NCBI GenBank assembly: GCA_965215565.1
Contig: CBDCDZ010000004.1
Span: 2,336,001-2,400,000 of the forward strand
Length of the DNA stretch: 64,000 nucleotides
Source of the DNA: Trueperaceae bacterium
GTDB lineage: Bacteria > Deinococcota > Deinococci > Deinococcales > Trueperaceae
Direction: 5' to 3'
Part shown: positions 9,908-17,979 of the stretch, in pieces
Layout of the letters: every line of letters begins with the position of its first letter
Numbering within the stretch: the first letter of the stretch is position 1
The notes under the pieces: generated by a model
What the model was told of the DNA's origin: nothing
Databases searched by the model: none
Seen by the model: the letters and a program-made list of their open reading frames with translations, nothing else
Translations under genes and position numbers: made by a program

Positions 9908-10148
9908 TAGCAGTTCCACTTATCGTTGCTTGAACGGAGTTATTCCCGGAGGGAAACTTCGTAAGCGAAGCAACACTTCTCCGCAGATCTCAGCCTGTCA
10001 AGGCTAGCGGAATTTCATCACCTAAAGTGCGTGCTAATTACGAAGTTTTCCGATTACGAAGTTTTCCGCAAGAAAGGAAACGATGTTCTTTTTAGTGAGA
10101 GCGTTGCTTCGCATGGCTTCGCCCAAGCTGACCAGATGATAGCTGCTA
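9908..10148 (+). mobile_element. MITE-like element, family 1, expanded to 241 bp by nested micro-inserts
   Basis: TAGCAGTTCC...GACCAGATGATAGCTGCTA ends; removing four insert blocks leaves about 107 bp that aligns with the 61330-61440 copy. Confidence 0.8.
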
Positions 10149-10698
10149 CTACTTATGTGAATACGAAGCGAGACGCCTTCTGCTAACCAGATACCAGACG
10201 TGCCGAAAACTCGTCAACATCCACGTCTCGCACTTATCCGGTAGATGTATGTGACAATCCTACGCGGGGGGTCTCTTCTCGTGAGGTATCTTGTAGAGCG
10301 TTTCGCTTAGTTTTGTGAAAGCACCTCTTCTCCTGGTGGACGTTTCACCGAGTCGCCTTTTTACTGCTACGAAACACCGCACGTGACACTGCGCGAAACA
10401 CCACTACGAAACAACTGTGAAATATTCGCCTCTGTAAAGTAGCTGGAGGATGCTTATATGAAAGGTAATCATATGAATGTAGCGTTAGAAATATGGTTTA
10501 CACTAAGGTAAAGTACGGGCGGAAGAGATTGCGCTTAGGTTGAGCGGCGAGACTTATCTAAAGCTGAGCGAGGGATTTAGGCGGCAGGGCTAAGCTGCGA
10601 AACTGAGCAGCAAAGCTGGGCAGTGAGACTTCAATAGAGAGTAGGCTCATGAGGCTGAAACGGAAATATAACGGCGCGAGCATTGTGAGCGTCAAGCG

Positions 10699-11949
10699 GT
10701 GAATATCTGGTTCGTCACCATGAATTTTCCTATCTTGGCAGAAACGTTCGCTATCAGCGACGTACGCACCCTTAAAGACGCCGGGGTTGACATCTCTGTT
10801 CACGCGCTGCGCTCCGCGCAGAGCGCCGCGCCCAAGTTGACCGAACAGCGCTTGGCGGACGTGCCGATCACGCAGAGCCACGCGGGGGCGATATTGGAGG
10901 GCGTGGCGCTCATGTTCAAACGCCCTAACGTCGCCTTTGCGCTGCTCGCTTGGATCACGCGCCACAGCCTCAAAGGTCCGAAGCGCAGCAGGCGCTTGGA
11001 GCAGCTCGTAAAGAGCGCGCTGCTCGCGCCGCGCACGCTGCAGCTTTTTGACGCACTCGAGCGGAGCAAACCCGACGTTGTCCACCTCTTCTGGGGACAT
11101 TATCCGGCGATGTTCGCGTACCTCGTGCAGCGCTATCACCCAGAAATCGTCAGCTCGGTCTTTTTGGGCGCGTATGACCTCAAAACGGCGTATGGCGGCA
11201 GCGCGCCTGTAGCGCGCCAGGCTGACGTCGTCTGGACGCACGCGCACGCCAACGTCGAGGAGATTAAACGGCTTGGGGTAGGCGGGAGCCTCATCCACGT
11301 CGCGTACCGGGGCGTCGATCTGACGCGCTTTAAGGAGGTGGATTGGCAGCGCAAGGTCAAAAGGCGCATTGTGACAGCGGGCAGGCTCGCCTCGTTCAAG
11401 AAGATGGACGACGTGCTTAGAGTCTTTCAGCAGACGCTGGAGAGGTGGCCCGACGCGACTTTGGTGGTACTCGGCGACGGACCTGAGCGCGAACGCTTAG
11501 AGGCGCTCAGCCGCTCGCTCGGCGTCGCTCACGCAGTTACCTTCCGGGGTCACGTCGCGCACGAGGACGTTTTCGTAGAGATGGCACAAGCTGAAGTCTT
11601 TTTGCTCATGTCGCAGCACAGCGCGGAGCGCCTGCCTAACGTCGTTAAAGAGGCGATGGGCTGCCGCTGCGTCTGCGTCACGACGCGGACGCCCGGTATC
11701 GAGGAGCTGCTCGTTCACGGCGAACACGGCTTCGTGGTGGCGCGAGGCGACGTGGCGGACGCCGCTCACCACGTCGCGGAGGTCTTCGCCGATATGGGTG
11801 TGGCGCAGCGGTTGACAGGAGCCGCTTACACGCACCTAAAGCGCCACTTCGACATCCACAGGCTCGCAGAATTTTATAAGGACACGTGGCGTACGCTCCT
11901 GAGCGAGAAAGGGACGCGCGACTCAGCAGCGGAGCCTCAAAGCAGATGA
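10699..11949 (+). CDS. Glycosyltransferase family 4 (WcaL-like)
   Basis: FPILAETF N-terminus, TAGRLASFKKMD, ERLPNVVKEAMGC. Confidence 0.9.
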   Translation: MNIWFVTMNFPILAETFAISDVRTLKDAGVDISVHALRSAQSAAPKLTEQRLADVPITQSHAGAILEGVALMFKRPNVAFALLAWITRHSLKGPKRSRRLEQLVKSALLAPRTLQLFDALERSKPDVVHLFWGHYPAMFAYLVQRYHPEIVSSVFLGAYDLKTAYGGSAPVARQADVVWTHAHANVEEIKRLGVGGSLIHVAYRGVDLTRFKEVDWQRKVKRRIVTAGRLASFKKMDDVLRVFQQTLERWPDATLVVLGDGPERERLEALSRSLGVAHAVTFRGHVAHEDVFVEMAQAEVFLLMSQHSAERLPNVVKEAMGCRCVCVTTRTPGIEELLVHGEHGFVVARGDVADAAHHVAEVFADMGVAQRLTGAAYTHLKRHFDIHRLAEFYKDTWRTLLSEKGTRDSAAEPQSR

Positions 11950-12081
11950 GAGGATGCGCCCCGCACTCCCTCTAACTGAGTATAGCGGCTCACCGCGCCG
12001 TCAGCGCCCCTTGCATGTTATCTTGCGTTAAGCTCTAGCCCCGCCTCCTAAAGAGCTTGGGGCGCTCTCGAGCGAGACCTC

Positions 12082-13290
12082 ATGCGCATTATCTACCTCC
12101 ATCAGTACTTTCACACCCCCGCCGTCGCGGGCAGCATCCGCTCTTACGAGATGGCGCGGCGCTTCGTAGCGTGGGGTCACGAGGTGCACCTCATCACCTC
12201 GAACCGAGAGGGAGGGGGCGCGTACAGGAGCGAAGAGGCAGGCGTTCAAGTCCACTGGCTTAGCGTGCCTTACTCGAATATGCTGGGTACCTATGGGCGC
12301 ATCCGGGCATTTTTTCAGTTCGCTTGGCGCGCAGCGCATAGAGCGGCGGCACTAGAGGGCGATCTCATCTTCGCGACGAGCACCCCACTGACCATCGCCC
12401 TACCCGCCGTCTACGCGGCGAAGCGCAAGGGCGTGCCGATGGTTTTTGAGGTGCGCGACTTGTGGCCCGAGTTGCCCGTCGCGGTGGGCACGCTTAGAGG
12501 GTATCCGCTCATCGCGGCGGCGCAGCATTTGGAGCGTTTCGCCTACCGCAACGCGGCGCACGTCGTCGCGCTCTCACCGGGGATGAAAGCGGGCGTGGTG
12601 CGCACGGGCTACCCGGCGGAGCGCGTTCACGTGATTCCGAACAGCGCGGACCTAGACCTCTTCGGCGTGCCTGCGGCGGCGGGCGCTGAGTTTCGCGCTC
12701 AATACCCTTGGCTGGGGGAGCGCCCCCTCATCCTCTACGCGGGCACGCTCGGCGCGATCAACGGCGTCGGCTACTTGGCGCGGCTCGCCGCCGCACTCCA
12801 AGAATGTGCGCCCGAGGTGTGCTTTTTGGTCATCGGTCACGGACCTGAAGAGGAGAAGATTCGCGCCCTAGCGCGCGAGCTAGGTGTGCTAGACCAGGCC
12901 TTTTTCATGATCCCCAAAGTTCCCAAATCCGCTATGCCCGCCGTTCTCTCAGCGACGACGGTAGCTACCTCGCTCTTCATCGACTTAGAGGAGATGTGGG
13001 TCAACTCAGCGAACAAGTTCTTCGACGCGCTCGCCTCGGGCACGCCCGTCGCGATCAACTACGGCGGCTGGCAGGCAGACCTTTTAAGCGAGCACGGCGC
13101 GGGTTTGGTCTTGGACCCTCACGATATAGAGGGTTCAGCGCAGCGGCTGCTCGAGAAACTCGGCGACGAAAGGTGGCTAGCCCGAGCGGGAGAAGCGTCG
13201 CGACACCTCGCCGAGACGCACTTCTCGCGCGACGAACTCGCGAAGCGGTTAGAAGAGGTGTTGGTGCGGGCGCTCGAGGCTTCACCATGA
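12082..13290 (+). CDS. Glycosyltransferase family 4 (WbuB-like)
   Basis: YLHQYFHTP...RSYEMA, FEVRDLWPE, NKFFDALASGTPV. Confidence 0.92.
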   Translation: MRIIYLHQYFHTPAVAGSIRSYEMARRFVAWGHEVHLITSNREGGGAYRSEEAGVQVHWLSVPYSNMLGTYGRIRAFFQFAWRAAHRAAALEGDLIFATSTPLTIALPAVYAAKRKGVPMVFEVRDLWPELPVAVGTLRGYPLIAAAQHLERFAYRNAAHVVALSPGMKAGVVRTGYPAERVHVIPNSADLDLFGVPAAAGAEFRAQYPWLGERPLILYAGTLGAINGVGYLARLAAALQECAPEVCFLVIGHGPEEEKIRALARELGVLDQAFFMIPKVPKSAMPAVLSATTVATSLFIDLEEMWVNSANKFFDALASGTPVAINYGGWQADLLSEHGAGLVLDPHDIEGSAQRLLEKLGDERWLARAGEASRHLAETHFSRDELAKRLEEVLVRALEASP

Positions 13291-13396
13291 GGGGCTGAAC
13301 ACGCCTATCTCTGCTCTCAACCTCTTCGAACACCACACCATCTTTTAGTGAGGCAGTTATTCCGCAGCGAAACAACCTTCCTAGACCTCTTCTGTA

Positions 13397-13492
13397 AGCA
13401 GTTCCAAAACATACTGAGACGGATGAGCGCAGCTTAACGGAACCTCATCTCAGAATGTGCGTGATTTTGTCTCAGTGTGTCGTAGAACTGCT
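13397..13492. repeat. Palindromic derivative of MITE family 1 (two left ends, inverted)
   Basis: AGCAGTTCCAAAACATACTGAGAC ... GTCTCAGTGTGTCGTAGAACTGCT; the interior matches the family 1 left half. Confidence 0.7.
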
Positions 13493-13712
13493 GACGGATT
13501 AGACCCGAGCCAACGTTTAGGTAAAGCAGACGAACCGCCGTCCCGGTCCACTTCGTAAAATTCTATCGCTCCTCTCACCCGTAAAGGCGGTAGGGTAACG
13601 TCGGTATGAACGCACACTCCTCTCAGCTTACGTGCTCCGGCGGCGAGCCGCCTCTCACATCGAAACGTTCGGCATTGAAACGCTCAGCATTACAACGTTC
13701 AAGAGGTCCGCA

Positions 13713-15482
13713 GTGAGCCTCGACGCTTGGTTCACCCTGAGCCTCGTGCTGGGTCTAGTCGGTTTGCTCAGCGCCACGAAGATAAGCCCCGACATCATCT
13801 TGAGCGCGGGGCTCACCCTCCTGCTCGTCTTCGGCATCCTCACGCCCGAAGAGGCGTTTTCGGGCTTCGCCAATCCGGGCGTGATCACGGTGGGCGTGCT
13901 CTATATCGTCGTGGCGGGCTTGCAGGAGACGGGCGGCGTCCACTGGTTGTCGCAGCGGCTCTTGGGCAAGCCTAAGTCGCTCGCCGACGCGCAACTCAGA
14001 CTCATGACGCCCGTCACGCTCATCAGCGCGTTTTTGAACAACACGCCCGTCGTCGCCATGCTCATCCCGGCGGTGAACGACTGGGCGCGGCGGCATGGGC
14101 TCGCCGTCTCCAAGCTGATGATTCCCCTCTCCTACGCCGCTATCTTAGGCGGCACCTGCACGCTTATCGGGACGAGCACGAACCTAGTCGTGAACGGGCT
14201 CCTGATCAGCCGCGCGGGGCTACCCGGACTGGGCATGTTTTCGCTCGCCTGGGTGGGCTTGCCGACGGCGATTATAGGCTTCGGTTTCATCCTCTTCGCG
14301 GGGCGCTGGCTTCTGCCGGACAACGCCTCGAGGACGCGGTGGCTCGACAACCCCAAGGAGTACAGCGTCGAGATGCTCGTCGAGAGAGGCGGACCGCTCG
14401 TCGGGCAGACCATAGAAGACGCGGGGCTGCGGCAACTCCCCGGCATGTATCTGGCTGAGATCGACCGGAAAGGTCAAATTCTGCCCGCTGTCTCGCCGCA
14501 GGAGACCCTCCACGCGGAGGACCGGCTGCTCTTCGTTGGCATCGTCGAATCGGTAGCGGACCTGCAGAAGATTCGCGGCATCACGCCCGCCACGAACCAG
14601 ATTTTTAAGCTGGGCTCCCAGCGTTCAGAGCGGATGCTCGTCGAGGCGGTGGTCTCGAGCAGTTGCCCGCTCGTCGGGCAGAGCATCCGCGAGGGCAACT
14701 TCCGCTCGTATTATAACGCGGTCATCATCGCCGTAGCCAGGAACGGCGAGCGGGTCAAGCGCAAAGTCGGCGACATCGTCTTGCGCCCCGGCGACACGCT
14801 GCTCCTAGAGGCGAAGGCGTCTTTTGTGGAGCAGCAGCGCAACTCGCGCGACTTCTTCTTGGTCAGCGGCGTCGCCAACTCCACGCCGCCGCGCTATGAC
14901 CGGGCGCTCGTCGCGGTGACGATTCTAGCCGCGATGATCCTCACCGTGATCGTCGGGTTGCTGCCGATTTTAGAGGCAGCGATGCTCGCCGCAGGACTTA
15001 TGATCATCACGCGCTGCTGCACGGGCGCGGTGGCGCGTCGGAGCGTCGACTGGCGCGTGCTCATCACCATCGCGGCGGCGTTCGGCATCGGCGAAGCGTT
15101 GGAGGTGACAGGCGCGGCGCAGTCGCTGGCGAACAGCCTCGTCGGGTTCGCAGGCAGCGAGCCGCTCGCGGTACTCGCTGTGCTCTACGCGGTCACGGCG
15201 CTCTTCAGCAGCCTGATTACGAACAATGCGGCGGCGGTACTCGTCTTCCCTATCGCGCTCTCTTTGGCAACTGACCTGGACGTGAACCTCATGCCCTTCG
15301 CCATCGGCATCATCATGGCAGCGTCCGCGAGCTTCGCGACGCCCATCAGCTACCAGACCAATCTGATGGTCTACGGACCTGGCGGCTACCGCTTCAGTGA
15401 CTACCTCAAGATCGGCTTGCCGCTCAACCTCTTGACCGCGATTATCGCGCTCCTTATCATCCCACGTATTTGGTCTTTCTAG
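13713..15482 (+). CDS. SLC13/DASS family permease with two TrkA-C domains (putative sulfate transporter)
   Basis: SAFLNNTPVVA, LGGTCTLIGTSTNL, ATPISYQTNLMVYGPGGYRFSDY; GTG 13713 follows GAGG. Confidence 0.9.
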   Translation: MSLDAWFTLSLVLGLVGLLSATKISPDIILSAGLTLLLVFGILTPEEAFSGFANPGVITVGVLYIVVAGLQETGGVHWLSQRLLGKPKSLADAQLRLMTPVTLISAFLNNTPVVAMLIPAVNDWARRHGLAVSKLMIPLSYAAILGGTCTLIGTSTNLVVNGLLISRAGLPGLGMFSLAWVGLPTAIIGFGFILFAGRWLLPDNASRTRWLDNPKEYSVEMLVERGGPLVGQTIEDAGLRQLPGMYLAEIDRKGQILPAVSPQETLHAEDRLLFVGIVESVADLQKIRGITPATNQIFKLGSQRSERMLVEAVVSSSCPLVGQSIREGNFRSYYNAVIIAVARNGERVKRKVGDIVLRPGDTLLLEAKASFVEQQRNSRDFFLVSGVANSTPPRYDRALVAVTILAAMILTVIVGLLPILEAAMLAAGLMIITRCCTGAVARRSVDWRVLITIAAAFGIGEALEVTGAAQSLANSLVGFAGSEPLAVLAVLYAVTALFSSLITNNAAAVLVFPIALSLATDLDVNLMPFAIGIIMAASASFATPISYQTNLMVYGPGGYRFSDYLKIGLPLNLLTAIIALLIIPRIWSF

Positions 15483-15544
15483 CAGGTCTCACACGGATGA
15501 AGCGTGGTGTGAGGCTCGAGCCCTGTTTGCACAACCCGCCTAAG

Positions 15545-15740
15545 TACACTGTCCGCTAAAAAATGAACCATGTCATTCTGAACGTAACGAAGTGGAGTGA
15601 AAGAATCTCGTCTTCCATTCCCAACTAGCCGAGATTGCGAGTTACGAAGTTTTGACATAGTCAACCGAGACCCTTACGCCTTCGCCGAAGCTTCACGTCA
15701 CCCCGTTCCCGCTGGCTACTTCGTGAACGGGGTGACAACA
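15545..15740 (+). repeat. REP-like/MITE element, family 2, with a 23-nt insert at 15642-15664
   Basis: Aligns with the reverse complement of 28238-28397 (GCTAAAAAAT..CATGTCATTCTGA.CGTA...GAAAGAATCTC...GAGATTGCGAG..CGAGACCCTT); right boundary uncertain. Confidence 0.75.
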
Positions 15741-15913
15741 GTATCGCATCCCTTACTTAACGATGTACTAAGTGTCAAGGTATAAACAAGAGGCTGTTAA
15801 TTTAGCTAGCGAACACGGCGATGGACAGCACGAAAAGCACTTACATTGACCCAACGCCCATCTCGAGTTGAACTCGAGCCCTCCACCATACGAAATACAT
15901 TCGAAGGAGCCCC

Positions 15914-16747
15914 ATGAACTCAGCCACAGCTCTAACAAACGAAACTTTGCAAGCCCTCGTGCCGGAACTACTCGAGGTAGCCGAGCGCGCTGGCGACACC
16001 GTTTTAGAGGTCTACAACCGCGCCGACGTAGGTGTGACCTACAAAGAGGACGACTCGCCGCTGACCCAGGCGGACTTGGCTTCGCAGAAGGTGATCGCCG
16101 AGGCGTTGGGGCGGCTCACGCCAGACGTGCCCATCCTGTCCGAAGAGTCTAAAGCCGCGCCCTTCGAGACGCGCCGAGACTGGTCCGCCTTCTGGCTCGT
16201 GGACCCTTTAGACGGCACGAAGGAGTTCGTCAAGCGCAACGGCGAATTCACCGTCAACATCGCCTTAATTGATCAGGGTGCGCCGCGCTTCGGCGTCGTG
16301 CACGCGCCCGTGCTGCGCACAACCTACTGGGCTGACTCGTCTTTGGGCGCGTTCAAAGTGGAGAACGGTGAGCAGAGGACGATTCGCGCCGCGCCGCACG
16401 CCCCAGGCGAGCCGCTCAAGGTGGTGACGAGCCGCTCTCACGCGGGCGAGGAGACGGAGGCGCTCTTGGTGCGTTTAGAAACTTACGCACCCGTCGAGCG
16501 TCTCTCCATCGGCAGCTCGCTCAAGCTCTGTTTAGTTGCGGAGGGCGCGGCGCACCTCTACCCGCGCTTCGGTCCGACGATGGAGTGGGACACCGCCGCC
16601 GCGCAGTGCGTGGCGGAGACTGCGGGCGCTCAGGTGGGCGACTTGGCGGGCGGACGTTTGCGCTACAACAAGGAGAACCTGCTCAACCCCTACTTCGTCG
16701 TCAGCTCGAGCCCAGAGCTTTATCAGCGGACGATTGCCGAGGGGTAG
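15914..16747 (+). CDS. cysQ: 3'(2'),5'-bisphosphate nucleotidase CysQ
   Basis: KEDDSPLTQAD, WLVDPLDGTKEF, SRSH, GSSLKLCLVAEG, PTMEWDTAAAQ. Confidence 0.95.
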   Translation: MNSATALTNETLQALVPELLEVAERAGDTVLEVYNRADVGVTYKEDDSPLTQADLASQKVIAEALGRLTPDVPILSEESKAAPFETRRDWSAFWLVDPLDGTKEFVKRNGEFTVNIALIDQGAPRFGVVHAPVLRTTYWADSSLGAFKVENGEQRTIRAAPHAPGEPLKVVTSRSHAGEETEALLVRLETYAPVERLSIGSSLKLCLVAEGAAHLYPRFGPTMEWDTAAAQCVAETAGAQVGDLAGGRLRYNKENLLNPYFVVSSSPELYQRTIAEG

Positions 16748-16838
16748 CGAGGGTCAAGAGCGCAATTACAGAATAGAGGAGGCAGAATCCAGACACCTTC
16801 ATTCTACATTCTCCCTTCCCCTTCTCTTATTCTTCCTT

Positions 16839-17978
16839 TCACACAGAACCCGGCATCACTTCGGCCAGAACACGTTCGAAGCGCTCTACTGTCGCCTCGG
16901 GCGTGAACTGCGCGGCGCGGCGCGGTCCCCTTTCACGCAGCGTCTGTAGCCGCGCCGGATCGCACAGCAGCGAGCGGACGCCCTCGGCGAGCGCCGCCGG
17001 GTCTTCGTTGGGCACCAAGACGCCGTAATACCCGTCCTGCAAGACCTCAGCGGGACCGCTCGGGCAGTCGGTGGCAACCACGGGCGTACCGACGGCTAGC
17101 GCTTCGGCGATGACGCGGCAAAAGCCCTCGTAGCGCGAACTCGAGACGAACACCTCCGCCTTCTCCATCCAGGCGTACGGGTTCTCCTGAAAGCCCGGCA
17201 TCACCACGTCGTCCTCTAAACCGAGTTCTTGAACGAGCGCCACAAGGCGCGCTTTCGCTTTGCCTTGACCCACCAAGACGAGTCGGTGGCGCAGCGCCGG
17301 TTCACGTCTTTTAAGTTGCGCGTAAGCGCGGAGCAAGAGGTCGAAACCTTTTTGGTACTCGAGCCGCCCCACTGCTAAGATGTAGGGTCTGGCGGCGTCT
17401 GCTTGGGGCACGTCCTCCTGCGAACGCGCCTGCGTTTTGGCGATGTCGAGCGGGATATAGACGGTGCGGGTGCGCCCCTCTAGCTGCGGCACGAGGCGCG
17501 TGACGCTCTCCTTGATGCCTTCGGAGATCGCGACGGCGCGCGTCAGGTGCGGATAGATGAGCTTCGTCAGCGTCTTGTAGCGGGCGGGCATCTGGGCTAG
17601 GTGCTCGGGTAAGGAGTTGCGCACGAAACCCACCGAGGGCTTGCCCGTGAGCTTCGCGGCGACAATGGCGAGAAACGTCGGAGCCATCTCGAGCCCGCCG
17701 ACGATCACGTCAGAACGCCGCGCCGCGCGCAGAAGTTTGGCGAAAACCTGCGGGACGTGCTGCGCATTGGGTTTGCCCTCGCTCACGCCGTAGGTGACGG
17801 GCACCCCGGAAAGCAGCTCGTGCCAAGGCTCGTCGCGGCGCTCCAAGACGAAGAGCGCGGGCGCATAGCGCGCGGGGTCTAGGTGCTTCATCGTCGTGAG
17901 CGTGCTGAGGACCGCCCCGTTGCGCTGCAGCGCGCTCAGGATGAAGAGGACGCGAACTCTGCTTGTCTCAGGACCCAT
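16839..17978 (-). CDS. Glycosyltransferase family 4, paralog of 5880-7031
   Basis: AVGRLEYQKGFDLL; identical C-terminal peptide SSRYEGFCRVIAEALAVGTPVVATDCPSGPAEVL. Confidence 0.92.
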   Translation of the reverse strand: MGPETSRVRVLFILSALQRNGAVLSTLTTMKHLDPARYAPALFVLERRDEPWHELLSGVPVTYGVSEGKPNAQHVPQVFAKLLRAARRSDVIVGGLEMAPTFLAIVAAKLTGKPSVGFVRNSLPEHLAQMPARYKTLTKLIYPHLTRAVAISEGIKESVTRLVPQLEGRTRTVYIPLDIAKTQARSQEDVPQADAARPYILAVGRLEYQKGFDLLLRAYAQLKRREPALRHRLVLVGQGKAKARLVALVQELGLEDDVVMPGFQENPYAWMEKAEVFVSSSRYEGFCRVIAEALAVGTPVVATDCPSGPAEVLQDGYYGVLVPNEDPAALAEGVRSLLCDPARLQTLRERGPRRAAQFTPEATVERFERVLAEVMPGSV

Positions 17979-17979
17979 C

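Noticed and set aside
10558..11298. 246-aa minus-strand ORF
   Set aside because: Antisense shadow of a clear GT4 gene
6725..17154. GT4 paralog tract as a diversity-generating retroelement TR/VR pair
   Set aside because: Differences are synonymous and mostly C/T rather than adenine-specific; no reverse transcriptase present
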